DNA of 64,000 bases from Bacillota bacterium (GCA_012516125.1 JAAYXB010000058.1:479-64478), one strand, 5' to 3'. Positions 28,073 through 38,433 are shown, counted from the first letter of the stretch. The notes: generated from the letters alone by a model not told the origin. Program-made: numbers and translations.

Positions 28073-29005
28073 TTACCTGAACAGCTCGGGATGGAACAGC
28101 CTCGCGAGGGTTTCGAGCCCGTCCGCAAGCCTGGGGCCGGGGCGCACCAAGAGATCCGGGTGCACCTCATACACCCGCCCCGTCCTGTAAGCCGATATCC
28201 CGTGCCACGCGCGACGCGCCAGGGCCTCAGACCTGTTGAAGTTCGTCAGGATCACCACCTCGGGGTCGCGCTCTATCACAGCCTCGGGGCTGAACTCGGG
28301 CCATTCCGACTTGGCGTCGTGGGCGATGTTCTGACCGCCGGCCGCCGTTACCAGCTCGTCGATGAAAGTCCCCGGACCCGCCGTCATGAGGGGTTCGTTC
28401 CAGATTTCCACGAAGACGCGCGGCCTCTCGGATGGCTTGAGGCTGGCTAGCCTCTGGGTGATACGCTCCATCCTGGCCGAGAGCCCCCTCACGATCTCAG
28501 ACGCCCGATCCTCCCTGCCGGTGGCCTTCCCGATGAGCGTTATGGCCCGAAGGACTCCTTCGATGGTCTTTGGGTCCACCGCGAGAACCGTGACGCCCAG
28601 CTCGGATAGCCTTGTGACCGCCTGGCGCTGAAGGCTTCCGACCGCCACCACGAGGTCAGGACGCATGGCTATGATCTTCTCGTAGTCGAGCTGGACGGAG
28701 CCCACTTTCGGTTTGGCTTTCGCTTCCACGGGGTAATCGCAGGAATCGGTAACGCCGATGACCCTGTCGCCAAGACCGAGAGCGAAGAGGATCTCCGTGT
28801 TGCTGGGGGCGATCGAGATGATGCGCTCGGGTGGGCGCGGCAACACCACGTTTCTGCCAAGGTCGTCGGTCACGGTAATCCCTCCGCCGGCCGATGGTCC
28901 GGCGGCCTGCGACATGCGCACTCCACACACAACAACGGCCAGCGCCACGACAAGAGCGAGACCTATCTCGTGACGTGCCGTCCGCGGTCTCTGGAGCGAA
29001 ATCAT
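28073..29005 (-). CDS. ABC transporter periplasmic/lipoprotein binding protein (BtuF/FhuD-type, class III SBP)
   Basis: 310 aa with a signal/TM N-terminus and the typical two-lobe SBP layout. It is the first gene downstream of the cobalamin riboswitch. Confidence 0.8.
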   Translation of the reverse strand: MISLQRPRTARHEIGLALVVALAVVVCGVRMSQAAGPSAGGGITVTDDLGRNVVLPRPPERIISIAPSNTEILFALGLGDRVIGVTDSCDYPVEAKAKPKVGSVQLDYEKIIAMRPDLVVAVGSLQRQAVTRLSELGVTVLAVDPKTIEGVLRAITLIGKATGREDRASEIVRGLSARMERITQRLASLKPSERPRVFVEIWNEPLMTAGPGTFIDELVTAAGGQNIAHDAKSEWPEFSPEAVIERDPEVVILTNFNRSEALARRAWHGISAYRTGRVYEVHPDLLVRPGPRLADGLETLARLFHPELFR

Positions 29006-29259
29006 AATGCTTCGGGACCTCCCTTCGTACGATTGGACACGTTGGGTGCGACGAAGTCATCTTGTCGCATGGGCCACCGTCGGATCGCGGCACTTTCTCG
29101 AAAGCCACCGCATGATCGCACGCACAACCCCGTCGTGGCGCAGGCCGAGCCCGCGACCCTGCCGAATGCGGCATGCTAGCATGGCAAGGCCCCGGCCTTC
29201 GGCCGGGGCCTGTCGCTCGCAAGAAAACAACCTGCCACTCCCTTTCACCGAAGGCGCAA

Positions 29260-29492
29260 GGTCACACTGGCAGGCAGGTCTCCTGGCTTCCGGATCCTAG
29301 CACACGCCTTGCGCCTTCCCCCAGCGCCCCGCCATCCGAGGCACGGTCAGATCGCCGCACCTCAGGACGCAGGGACACAGACTGGAGTGGCCGTGCAAGG
29401 CCGCTCCCCGGGTACAGTGGCGGGAACCGCGGGCTTGCAGGGCTTACCCTGCCGCCTCTTCCCTATTCTCCCCAGATGGGGCACCCGCCAGT
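29260..29492 (-). promoter_or_regulatory. cobalamin (AdoCbl) riboswitch upstream of the btuF-like/permease/ATPase/cobO operon
   Basis: The minus-strand RNA contains, in canonical order, GGUGCC, GAAUAGGGAAG, CCCGCCACUGU, GGGGGAAGGCG and the B12 box AGCCAGGAGACCUGCC (plus-strand complement at 29273-29288). A downstream GC hairpin GGCCCCGGCC-GAAG-GCCGGGGCC (29181-29218) is a possible expression-platform terminator. Confidence 0.75.
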
Positions 29493-29647
29493 TTCGAATG
29501 CTGTCCAATTGTGCGTCCATACGTATTCTACCATTCGCTAGCTCGCCTGGCAACAGCACCTCGCCTTCTCCTTTGCAGACTGCGCGCCCGACACCGCAGG
29601 CACCCTGTTCGGTCACCGATCTTACCCGAGACTTCATAGTATACTAC

Positions 29648-30058
29648 ATGAGTGGTCCATGGAATAGGAATGAAGGTCATGTTCCGCTTTCGCACGCCCC
29701 CATTGGCTCCACGTGCCGCGTCACGAGCCTGTTGGCCACGGGCCTCTCCAGGAGGCGACTCCTCGACGTGGGTCTCGTTCCAGGAGCGGGCGTAAGGCCG
29801 GTGCGTCGGAGCCCTGCGGGCGATCCCACGGCGTATCACGTGAAAGGAACCCTCATCGCGCTGCGGACGCGGGAAGCAAACCAGGTTATAGTAGAGGTCT
29901 TCCCCCCGTATGAGCCTGCTCCCGTCGAGAAAGCAGCCGCCTTTGGTACCGGGACCCTGGCCTGGCTCCGCCGGTGTCCATGGTTCCATGCGCGCGCAAC
30001 CCGCCCGGCCGCACCCTCGCCCGTCTCGAGCGCTCCGACCCCGAACCCTGATCCCTGA
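29648..30058 (+). CDS. feoA: FeoA-family protein with an unusual ~55-aa Pro/Ala-rich C-terminal extension
   Basis: STCRVTSLLATGLSRRRLLDVGLVPGAGVRPVRRSPAGDPTAYHVKGTLIALRTREANQVIVEV is an SH3-like FeoA domain. The first in-frame start is ATG 29648, with no clear SD. Confidence 0.65.
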   Translation: MSGPWNRNEGHVPLSHAPIGSTCRVTSLLATGLSRRRLLDVGLVPGAGVRPVRRSPAGDPTAYHVKGTLIALRTREANQVIVEVFPPYEPAPVEKAAAFGTGTLAWLRRCPWFHARATRPAAPSPVSSAPTPNPDP

Positions 30059-30111
30059 CAGGCTACCTGCCCACGCACCCGGCGTCTCCGCCTGTAATGG
30101 AGGTGAATCCT

Positions 30112-32333
30112 ATGGGATCCATGCGCCATCTGTCATTGCATGTACCGCGCGGCCTTCGTATGCCCTGGCACGTCCGACCGGGACATGCGCCCGCGTCTAC
30201 CTGCTGTACCGTCGCCCTGGCGGGCAACCCCAACACAGGCAAGAGCACCGTCTTCAACGCCCTCACCGGGCTTGGCCAGCACACCGGCAACTGGCCCGGC
30301 AAGACCGTGGTCGTGGCGGAGGGTATCTATACGCACTGCGGAATGACCTACCGTGTTGTCGACCTCCCTGGCACATACTCCCTCCTTGCCACGTCTCCGG
30401 AGGAAGAACTTGCGAGGGACTTCATTTGCTTCGGCGCGGCCGACGCGACGGTCGTGGTGACTGACGCGACGTGCCTTGAGCGCAATCTCAACCTCGTCCT
30501 CCAGGTCATGGAGATAACGCCGAGGGTCGTGGTGTGCCTGAACCTCATGGACGAGGTGAGCCGCAAGCGGATCTCCGTTGATGTAGACGGTCTCTCCTCT
30601 GAGCTTGGAGTTCCTGTCGTGCCTACCGTGGCGCGAACCGGCCACGGCCTTCGGGCGCTCATGGACACCATCGCCAATGTCGCGAGCGGACGACTGGCCA
30701 CAAGGCCTCTCCGGGTTACGTACAGCCCGGAGGTGGAGGCGCTGGTCGCGGACATCGAACCACGTCTCTCCGCTGTCATGGCCGAGGTCGCTCCGACGAT
30801 CTCGCCCCGCTGGGTAGCCCTACGGCTCATCGATGGCGACCCCGGCCTGGTCGAAGCTATCAGTGAGAGGGTGAACAGACAGTGGCCGCAAGACACGAGA
30901 CCCAGGAGCGCGGCCCGCTCCGTGGCCGCGAGGAGCGGGATCCCGGCGTGAACCGCATGGCCGCCCGGCAGTTTCTGGATCTTGTGGAGGCGGCCCGGGA
31001 GGCGGGATCGAAGATACCTGGAGACATCCGGGACCTCATGGTAACCAGGATATACGAAGTCGCCGGAGCCATATGCCAGAAGACGGTGCGCCGCGCCACT
31101 GAACCCACGCGCGACTGGGACACACGCCTCGACGACATCCTCACGTCGAGGCTGCTCGGGTACCCCATCATGCTCGCCCTGCTCGGTGTGGTGTTCTGGA
31201 TAACGCTGGTGGGCGCGAACGTTCCGTCAAGGTTCCTCGGCGCCGCGCTTTTCTGGGGGCAGGACCGGCTCCTGGACTTGTTCTCATGGGCCGGCGCCCC
31301 GTCTTGGCTGACAGGCGTCGTCGTTATGGGGGCATACAGGGCTCTGGCGTGGGTCGTGTCGGTGATGCTGCCGCCGATGGCGATATTCTTCCCATGTTTC
31401 GCCTTGCTTGAGGACCTGGGCTACCTGCCGAGGGTGGCCTTCAACCTCGACGCTTTCTTCAAGCGAGCAGGCACCCACGGCAAGCAGGCCCTCACAATGT
31501 GCATGGGGTTCGGGTGCAACGCAGCGGGGGTGGTCTCGTGCCGGGTAATCGACTCGCCAAGAGAAAGGCTCATCGCTATCCTCACCAACAATTTCGTCCC
31601 GTGTAACGGGCGATTTCCCATGCTCATAGCGATGGCCGCCATGTTTTTCGGAGCTGGCCTGCAAAGTGCTGCCGCTCTGTCGCTTCTCGGCGCTGTGCTC
31701 CTGGGCGTTGCCGTCACGCTCGGCGTGTCATGGGTCCTGTCGCGCAGCCTGCTCCGCGGGATCGCGTCGTTCTTTGTGCTCGAACTCCCGCCATATAGAA
31801 AACCGCAGGTCATCAGGGTGATCGTGAGGTCCTTTCTCGACCGCGCTCTGTTCGTGCTCGTGAGGGCGGCAACGGTGGCAGTCCCCGCGGGAGCCCTCAC
31901 GTGGATACTCGGAAACTCGATGGTACGAGGCGCGAGCCTCCTCGCCCACGTTGCGGGCTTTCTTGAGCCCTTCGGACGGCTCATCGGGCTCGACGGTCAC
32001 GTCCTCACCGCGTTCCTCCTCGGGCTGCCCGCAAACGAAATAGTCATCCCCATCCTCGTGATGGAGTACTCTGGCGCCGGAGCCATGGTGGACCTCGGCG
32101 GGCTGGACGCGCTTCGAGGTTTGCTCGTGTCGAAGGGGTGGACTCCGCTCACGGCCGTGTGTCTCATTCTGTTTTCCCTGCTCCACTACCCATGCGCCAC
32201 GACCCTATGGACCATCTGGCGCGAAACGCGAAGCGCGAAGTGGACCGCGGTCGCGGCGCTCCTGCCGCTTGCGGTGGCGTGCGTGGCGTGTTTCCTTGCG
32301 GCTTCGGCCGGGCGGTTCCTGGGCGCCGGGTGA
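30112..32333 (+). pseudogene. feoB: feoB, ferrous iron transporter, split by a frameshift into a G-domain ORF (30097/30112..30951) and a membrane-domain ORF (30882..32333)
   Basis: The N-terminal ORF has G1 ALAGNPNTGKST, G3 DLPGTYS, G4 NLMD and the helical GDI domain. The C-terminal ORF, in another frame, starts at the conserved DDILTSRLLGYPIM...gate region with ~8 TM helices. The two frames overlap over 30867-30948, and the in-frame stops are at 30864 and 30949. Confidence 0.7.
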
Positions 32334-32355
32334 AGGATTAGCAGTGTTAGCCCCA

Positions 32356-33552
32356 TCAGATGCGCCGAAGCGCCTGGTCGAGATCGGCGATGATGTCCTC
32401 CGGGTTCTCAAGCCCCACCGACAAGCGCACGAGCGCCTCGCTGAACCCGAATTCCGCCAGCCTCTCCCTGGGATACTCACGGTGCGTCATGGACGCCGGG
32501 TGTTCCACGAGGGTCTCCGCGTCTCCAAGGCTCACCGCGATGGTGCACAGTTGCAAGCCGTCTATGAGGCGGACCGCAGCGTCGTAGCCACCCTTCACCT
32601 CGAACGATACGATGCCGCCGTATCCCCGCATCTGGCGCCTGGCGAGCTCGCGCTGGGGGAACTCGTCGAGGCCTGGATACAGCACGCGCTCGACCTTCGG
32701 GTGTCCGGCCAGAAACCTCGCGACGGCCAGCGCATTGCTGGCATGACGCTCCATCCGAACGCCGAGGGTCTTGAGACCCCGCAGGAAGAGCCACGCGTTG
32801 AACGGAGAAAGCACGCCGCCGAGGTCGCACAGGAAATCAAAGCGAAGCCGAAGGATGTACTCAGGGTCGCGCGCAACCGCCACCCCACCCAGAGCATCGC
32901 CATGCCCGCCAATGTACTTGGTGCACGAGTGCACCACCACATCGGCACCGAGGGCAAGCGGGTTCTGGAAGTAGGGCGTCGCGAACGTGTTATCCACCAC
33001 AACTATGGCGCCGCGGCGATGGGCCGCCTCGGCGGTGGCGGCGATGTCCACGAGCTCGAGGCTTGGGTTGGCGGGGGTTTCAAGGTATACAACTTTCGTC
33101 GCATCGGTCAGCGCGGTTTGAACCGCGCCGGGATGAGCAAGGTCCGCGAAATTCGCCCTTATACCGTATCGCGGAAGGAACTGTGTCGCCACGTGGTAGG
33201 TCGAGCCGTAGAGCGTCCGGGAGGTCAAGAGCTCGTCCCCGGCCTTGAGCAGAGAGAGCAGCACGGACGAGACCGCCGCCATCCCCGATGAGAAGGCCAC
33301 CGCCTTCTCCCCCTTTTCCAGGATAGCCATCTTCTGCTCGAAGAGCCGCAGGGTTGGGTTATTGCCGCGAGTATACACGTACTCCGCGGACTCCCCTGAG
33401 AACACCTTCTGAGCGTGGGCGACGCTGTCGAACACGAACGTTGACGTTTGGTAGATCGGGGGGTTCAGGGCACCGAGCGCATGCTTCCCATCCCACCCGG
33501 CGTGGATCGCCTGAGTATCAAAACCGAGGTTTGAGCCTGCCTCCTTGCTCAT
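32356..33552 (-). CDS. Cys/Met-metabolism PLP-dependent enzyme (methionine gamma-lyase/cystathionine gamma-synthase family)
   Basis: 399 aa from MSKEAG. FDTQAIHAG N-terminus, PLP lysine region HSCTKYIGGHGD, YTRGNNPT. Confidence 0.8.
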   Translation of the reverse strand: MSKEAGSNLGFDTQAIHAGWDGKHALGALNPPIYQTSTFVFDSVAHAQKVFSGESAEYVYTRGNNPTLRLFEQKMAILEKGEKAVAFSSGMAAVSSVLLSLLKAGDELLTSRTLYGSTYHVATQFLPRYGIRANFADLAHPGAVQTALTDATKVVYLETPANPSLELVDIAATAEAAHRRGAIVVVDNTFATPYFQNPLALGADVVVHSCTKYIGGHGDALGGVAVARDPEYILRLRFDFLCDLGGVLSPFNAWLFLRGLKTLGVRMERHASNALAVARFLAGHPKVERVLYPGLDEFPQRELARRQMRGYGGIVSFEVKGGYDAAVRLIDGLQLCTIAVSLGDAETLVEHPASMTHREYPRERLAEFGFSEALVRLSVGLENPEDIIADLDQALRRI

Positions 33553-33815
33553 CCTGTGTTCACCATCCCATCTTAAGTACGGGTTCAAGAAGCGGCTGGC
33601 TTCCCCACTTCGCGGCAACGCCGCAGGGTAAAGGTCAGGCGAACAGCTGCTTTGCATACATACTGCCAGCTACTTAAGCAAAACCGACGGTTTCGCTCAG
33701 AAGGCCCCACGAGTTCTCTAGCACGTTTGGGGTAGCGCTACCAAGGCTCACACCCATGCACGGTGCGGAGGCATGGTGTCCCTGCCGCTGCGTTCGGCCT
33801 CGCCCGGCCGCGAAG

Positions 33816-34787
33816 CTACAACATGTCGCTACCGAAATCCAGCAGGACCTTGAGGCTTCCCCGCCTTCCTGCCTGTTCGAACGCTTCTATCGCACGGGTC
33901 GCCGGGAAGACCCCATCGATGAGGCTCGCGGTATCGATCCTCCGTCCCTCAAGAAGCCGCATGGCAGGTGGAAACGGGCCGCACCTGGAGCCGACGCACG
34001 TGACCTCATTGACCACCACCGGCGAGAGGTTCGTAGGGGCCTCGCCATGGAACGTGCTCTTGAGGACGATCGTGCCGCGCGGGCGCACAAGAGCCACTGC
34101 CTCTCCCAGCCCCGACGGGCTTCCGGTGCACTCCACCACCACGTCAGCCCTCGGTGGCAAGACCGGCGACCCGGAGAGCGCTGTCTCGATGCCGGCCTTT
34201 CGCGCGATCTCCAGTTTCTCCTCGTGTCGTCCGACGAGGACCACAGGGTGCCCCGAGGCGTGAACGACCTGGGCCACGAGAAGGCCGAGTTTTCCGTCGC
34301 CCAGCACCACGACTCTGTCGGACGGCCGGATGTGCACCTGCTCCAGCACTTCCACCGCCGCCGCGAGAGGCTCGGTGAACACAGCCTCCCGGTCCCTCAC
34401 GGACCCCGGAACCGGATGGAGGTTTTCGCACGGCAGCACCGTGTAATCAGCGAAGCAACCGGGCCAGGCCCGCATCCCCATGGTGCGGATGCGCTCGCAG
34501 TGGCGGGGATAACCCATTCGGCACATAGCGCACTCCCCGCAGGGTATGTTTATCTCGCCGACGACCCTCCTGCCGACCAGACCGGGGTCGTCCGCATCCT
34601 CCACGGTCCCGACGAACTCATGGCCGAGGATGCCGGTATACCCGAGGTATCCTCGGGTGATCTCGAGGTCGGTATTGCATATTCCGGCGAGCCGAACCCG
34701 CACAAGGGCTTCGCCCTCGTCCCTCACGGGCGCGGGGACGTCGTCCCGCACAATAAGCCGGTTGCCGTCGAAAATGACCGCACGCAC
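33816..34787 (-). CDS. Zn-dependent dehydrogenase, MDR superfamily
   Basis: GICNTDLEITRGY..GHEFVG catalytic Zn motif and CGECAMCRMGYPRHC structural Zn. Confidence 0.75.
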   Translation of the reverse strand: MRAVIFDGNRLIVRDDVPAPVRDEGEALVRVRLAGICNTDLEITRGYLGYTGILGHEFVGTVEDADDPGLVGRRVVGEINIPCGECAMCRMGYPRHCERIRTMGMRAWPGCFADYTVLPCENLHPVPGSVRDREAVFTEPLAAAVEVLEQVHIRPSDRVVVLGDGKLGLLVAQVVHASGHPVVLVGRHEEKLEIARKAGIETALSGSPVLPPRADVVVECTGSPSGLGEAVALVRPRGTIVLKSTFHGEAPTNLSPVVVNEVTCVGSRCGPFPPAMRLLEGRRIDTASLIDGVFPATRAIEAFEQAGRRGSLKVLLDFGSDML

Positions 34788-34867
34788 AAGACGTTCACCT
34801 CGCTTCTCTCTGCCGCCCTTCTCTGCCTGTCTCTTTTCTCCATCCCTCCTTCCTCTGCCCGTCTTCT

Positions 34868-35611
34868 CTATCCCTCTTCGCGCGCAAGTCGCGCGAGGGC
34901 GTCAAGGGCGATCTCCGCCTCGAGCTCGACGGCCTTTGCCACCACATCGCGGTTGGGGTTATAGGCGTCGCCATCGAACTCAATGGCCATGCCATCTACC
35001 GCGAGAATCGCGCCCGCGCGCACGCCGCGCAGCGCAGCCACGATGAGGAGGGCCGACACCTCCATTTCGACGCCTATGGCTCCAGCCCGGCTCATCTCTG
35101 CGTTCGGGAGCGGCAGGATACCCGGATAGAACGCTCCCACCGTGAGCACCACGCCCTTGGCGAGCCTGGCGCCGCGCTCCACACCCGCCATGTACAGGGC
35201 ATCCACCACATCGGCGTCCGCGATGGCAGGAAATGACAGCGGTACAAGCTGGTCCGTCACCCCATCCTCCCGCACGGCGCCCGTGGCGACGATGAGATCC
35301 CCGTCCACGATGGAACGGCTGAGCGATCCGGCCGTCCCGACCCTGATGAGGACCCTGGCGCCGGCCTTGATAAGTTCCTCAAAACACACGCACGCCCCGG
35401 CTGCTCCAACGCCGTGGGACGCGATTGTAACCGGCGTGCCCCGGTATACGCCGTTCACCACGCGATATTCGCGGTTGTACGAAACCTCGCGCGCGTCCTC
35501 GAGGTAGCGCGCGATAACATGAGTCCTTCGGGGGTCGCCGCAGACGATCACATAGGAGGAGATCTGTCCGGGATAGATCTTCAATATAGGCAACATTCTC
35601 CTTTCGTCCAT
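34868..35611 (-). CDS. PNP/UDP-family nucleoside phosphorylase (MTA/purine nucleoside phosphorylase-like)
   Basis: VIVCGDPRR...SHGVGAAGACVCFEELIKAGARVLIRVGTAGSL matches the DeoD/Udp/MTAP fold. Lies next to mtnA. Confidence 0.7.
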   Translation of the reverse strand: MDERRMLPILKIYPGQISSYVIVCGDPRRTHVIARYLEDAREVSYNREYRVVNGVYRGTPVTIASHGVGAAGACVCFEELIKAGARVLIRVGTAGSLSRSIVDGDLIVATGAVREDGVTDQLVPLSFPAIADADVVDALYMAGVERGARLAKGVVLTVGAFYPGILPLPNAEMSRAGAIGVEMEVSALLIVAALRGVRAGAILAVDGMAIEFDGDAYNPNRDVVAKAVELEAEIALDALARLAREEG

Positions 35612-35647
35612 CCCACCCCACCCCACTCTCTGTACTACGTCTCTGTG

Positions 35648-36754
35648 CTACGAGTGTGTTGAATCCTCCGGGGGTGTCAGGTCCTCCGGGGTCCCGCCGC
35701 ACGCGCCGCGCGCCTCCGGGACGCCGCCCTCCACGAGGTCCCTGAGGCTTTTCTCGAACGGAGGATAAGCTACCCCTCTATCCGTGATGATGCCAGAAAC
35801 ATATCGCGCCGGGGTGATGTCGAACGCAGGGTTGAATACCCCAACCCCTTTCGGGGCGACCCTTTGTCCGAATATCTCCGTAACCTCCTTTGAATCCCTT
35901 TCCTCTATGGGGATGTCCCGACCGGTCGGACACGCGAGGTCAAGCGTTGACATGGGGGCCGCTACGTAAAACGGAAGCCCGTTCTCCTTCGCGAGCACCG
36001 CCAGGCTGTAGGTGCCTATTTTGTTCGCCACGTCGCCGTTGGCTGCGATCCTGTCGGCCCCAACGATGACGCAGTCGATCTTCCCCAGGCTCATCACGTA
36101 ACCGGCCATACTGTCGGTGATGAGCGTCACCGGGATGCCGTCCTCCAGGAGCTCAAACGCCGTGAGCCTCGCACCCTGGAGATACGGCCGGGTCTCGTCG
36201 GCGAAAACGTGTACGCGCTTCCCCTGCTCCACCGCCGCCCGGACCACGCCCAGCGCAGTACCGTACCCAGCCGTCGCGAGGGCGCCAGCGTTGCAATGCG
36301 TCAGAACCGTCACCGGATCTCCAAGGAGGCTTGCGCCGTTCTGCCCGATCCGGCGGTTCGCCTCCACGTCTTCCGCCTCCAAGGCGCGGGCGGCCGCTTC
36401 CATGGCCTCAGGGATCTTCCGCCAGTCCAAACACCCCAAGGCAACACCGAGCATCTTCTCCACCGCCCACGCGAGGTTCACGGCGGTGGGCCTTGCATCC
36501 GCGAGATCCCTGGACGCGGCCTTCAGTCGTTCGATGTACGCGCCGTGGTCATCCGCTCCGAGCTCACGGGACGCGAGGACCATACCGTACGCGGCACTCA
36601 CCCCGATGGCTGGCGCCCCTCGGACCTTCATCATGCGGATGGCGTCTCTAACGTCCCGATAGCTCTGACACCTGACATACCTCTTCTCCAGCGGAAGCCG
36701 GGTCTGGTCTAGGAGCTCGAGGAACCTTCCGGTCCATACGATGGGCTTCAACAT
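35648..36754 (-). CDS. mtnA: S-methyl-5-thioribose-1-phosphate isomerase (eIF-2B-like family)
   Basis: LELLDQTRLPLEKRYVRC...MKVRGAPAIGVSAAYG is the MtnA signature. I place the start at MLKPIVW. Confidence 0.8.
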   Translation of the reverse strand: MLKPIVWTGRFLELLDQTRLPLEKRYVRCQSYRDVRDAIRMMKVRGAPAIGVSAAYGMVLASRELGADDHGAYIERLKAASRDLADARPTAVNLAWAVEKMLGVALGCLDWRKIPEAMEAAARALEAEDVEANRRIGQNGASLLGDPVTVLTHCNAGALATAGYGTALGVVRAAVEQGKRVHVFADETRPYLQGARLTAFELLEDGIPVTLITDSMAGYVMSLGKIDCVIVGADRIAANGDVANKIGTYSLAVLAKENGLPFYVAAPMSTLDLACPTGRDIPIEERDSKEVTEIFGQRVAPKGVGVFNPAFDITPARYVSGIITDRGVAYPPFEKSLRDLVEGGVPEARGACGGTPEDLTPPEDSTHS

Positions 36755-36916
36755 CGATACGTTCACACCCTCCAGCAATCTCCATGCATGCGCGCACATC
36801 AAAACATGCCCGCGAACGACCGGCCCCGGCGCGCCAACCTTACCAGAGGGCGGCTTACGGCGCCGGTCGTCCGGGCATGCTGGGCGGAGGAGCCGAACCG
36901 CCCAAGCGCCGCCAGC

Positions 36917-37486
36917 TCAGCTCACACGGTACTTGCGTACTCCCTCTTCGTAGAGATCGTTTCCATATATGTCGTTCACCACGACGGCCGGGAAGCCTTC
37001 TACGGTAAGCTTCCTGATAGCCTCGGGACCGAGGTCTTCGTACGCCACGAGCTCCGACGCCTTCACGCACTTCGCGAGAAGCGCGCCGGCGCCGCCGATG
37101 GCAGCGAAGTACACCGCCTTACACCTCACCATGGCCTCTCTCACGTCTTGGGAGCGGCTTCCCTTCCCGATCATCCCTTTGAGCCCGTGCTCCATCAGAA
37201 TCGGGGCGTATGAGTCCATCCTGTAGCTGGTGGTCGGCCCTGCTGAGCCGATGGGCCGGCCAGGGCGCGCCGGTGTCGGACCAACATAGTATATGATCTG
37301 CCCCCGGATGTCGAAGGGGAGCTCTTTCCCCTCGGCAAGCAGCGCGACCAGCCTCTTATGCGCAGCGTCCCGCGCCGTGTACAGGATTCCCGATATCCTC
37401 ACGTTGTCGCCAGCCTTGAGCCTGGCAACGACTTCATCAGTGAGCGGAGTAGATATTTCGATGGCCACCTGTGATGCCTCCTTCAA
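36917..37486 (-). CDS. class I (Fe-S) fumarate hydratase/L(+)-tartrate dehydratase beta subunit
   Basis: 189 aa. GDNVRISGILYTARDAAHKRL...GPEAIRKLTVEGFPAVVVND is the C-terminal swivel domain of Fe-S hydro-lyases. Confidence 0.8.
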   Translation of the reverse strand: MKEASQVAIEISTPLTDEVVARLKAGDNVRISGILYTARDAAHKRLVALLAEGKELPFDIRGQIIYYVGPTPARPGRPIGSAGPTTSYRMDSYAPILMEHGLKGMIGKGSRSQDVREAMVRCKAVYFAAIGGAGALLAKCVKASELVAYEDLGPEAIRKLTVEGFPAVVVNDIYGNDLYEEGVRKYRVS

Positions 37487-37494
37487 CTGGGCGC

Positions 37495-38355
37495 TCAGAG
37501 CACAATGGTTTCGTGCGGGCCAACGTGGCAGTTGAGGTTCACCGCCACGGGCATGCTCGCGATGTGGCAGGGCGCATACTCGATGTTCACGGCGAGCGCC
37601 GTGGTCCTCCCGCCGAACCCCTGCGGCCCGATGCCAAGCTTGTTGATCTCTGTGAGGAGTTCCTCTTCCAGCTTCGCGTACACCGGGTCAGGGTTGCGGG
37701 ACCCTACAGGCCGCAGGAGCGCCTTCTTCGCGAGTAGCGCTACGCGGTCGAAGGTCCCTCCGATCCCGACCCCGACCACCACCGGGGGGCAGGGGTTGGA
37801 GCCAGCCTTCTGGACACGCTCCACCACAAACTTCTTCACGCCCTCCACCCCAGCCGCCGGCGCCAGCATGGCGACGCCGCTCATGTTCTCCGCGCCGCCG
37901 CCCTTGGGCGCCACCGTTATCTTGACATGCGTGCCGGGAACGATATCTACATAGATCATGGCAGGCGTGTTGTCCCCGGTGTTCACCCTTTTGAAAAGGG
38001 GGTCGTTTACAAGCGACTTGCGAAGGTACCCTTCGGTGTAGCCCTGTCTCACGCCCTCGTTGATGGCCGCGTACAGGTCACCACCGACGAAGTGGACATC
38101 CTGCCCTACCTCGAGAAAGACCATCGCCACCCCTGTGTCCTGGCACGCAGGCACTCCTTCTTCCCGCGCGATCCTGTGGTTCTCCAGGATCTGCCTGAGA
38201 ACCTCCTTGCCCACCGGGGACTCCTCCGTCTCCACCGCACGTTCGAGCGCGCCTATGGTCTCGCGCGGAACGTTGCAGTTCGCGCTGACACACAGCTTCT
38301 TGACGGCAGCTGTGACGTCCGATACGTGGATCTCCCGTAACCCATTGCAACCCAT
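37495..38355 (-). CDS. class I (Fe-S) fumarate hydratase/tartrate dehydratase alpha (catalytic) subunit
   Basis: I place the start at MGCNGLREIHVSD with GGAGG 8 nt upstream. Cys ligands (CQDTGVA..., ...C...CH) arranged as in FumA/TtdA. Confidence 0.8.
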   Translation of the reverse strand: MGCNGLREIHVSDVTAAVKKLCVSANCNVPRETIGALERAVETEESPVGKEVLRQILENHRIAREEGVPACQDTGVAMVFLEVGQDVHFVGGDLYAAINEGVRQGYTEGYLRKSLVNDPLFKRVNTGDNTPAMIYVDIVPGTHVKITVAPKGGGAENMSGVAMLAPAAGVEGVKKFVVERVQKAGSNPCPPVVVGVGIGGTFDRVALLAKKALLRPVGSRNPDPVYAKLEEELLTEINKLGIGPQGFGGRTTALAVNIEYAPCHIASMPVAVNLNCHVGPHETIVL

Positions 38356-38433
38356 ACGATCGCCTCCAATCCTTCTGGATCCGGCCACCCCTCATCCCAT
38401 GCCCGTCGGGCGCTTGCAAGGGAGCGCCCGCGC

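Noticed and set aside
33553-33815. Possible SAM riboswitch or T-box in the leader of the Cys/Met PLP lyase gene
   Set aside because: I could not find the S-box or T-box conserved blocks (no AGAGA...GGGUGGNACCGCG T-box sequence, no SAM-I kink-turn core) by eye, so I left it as an untested leader.
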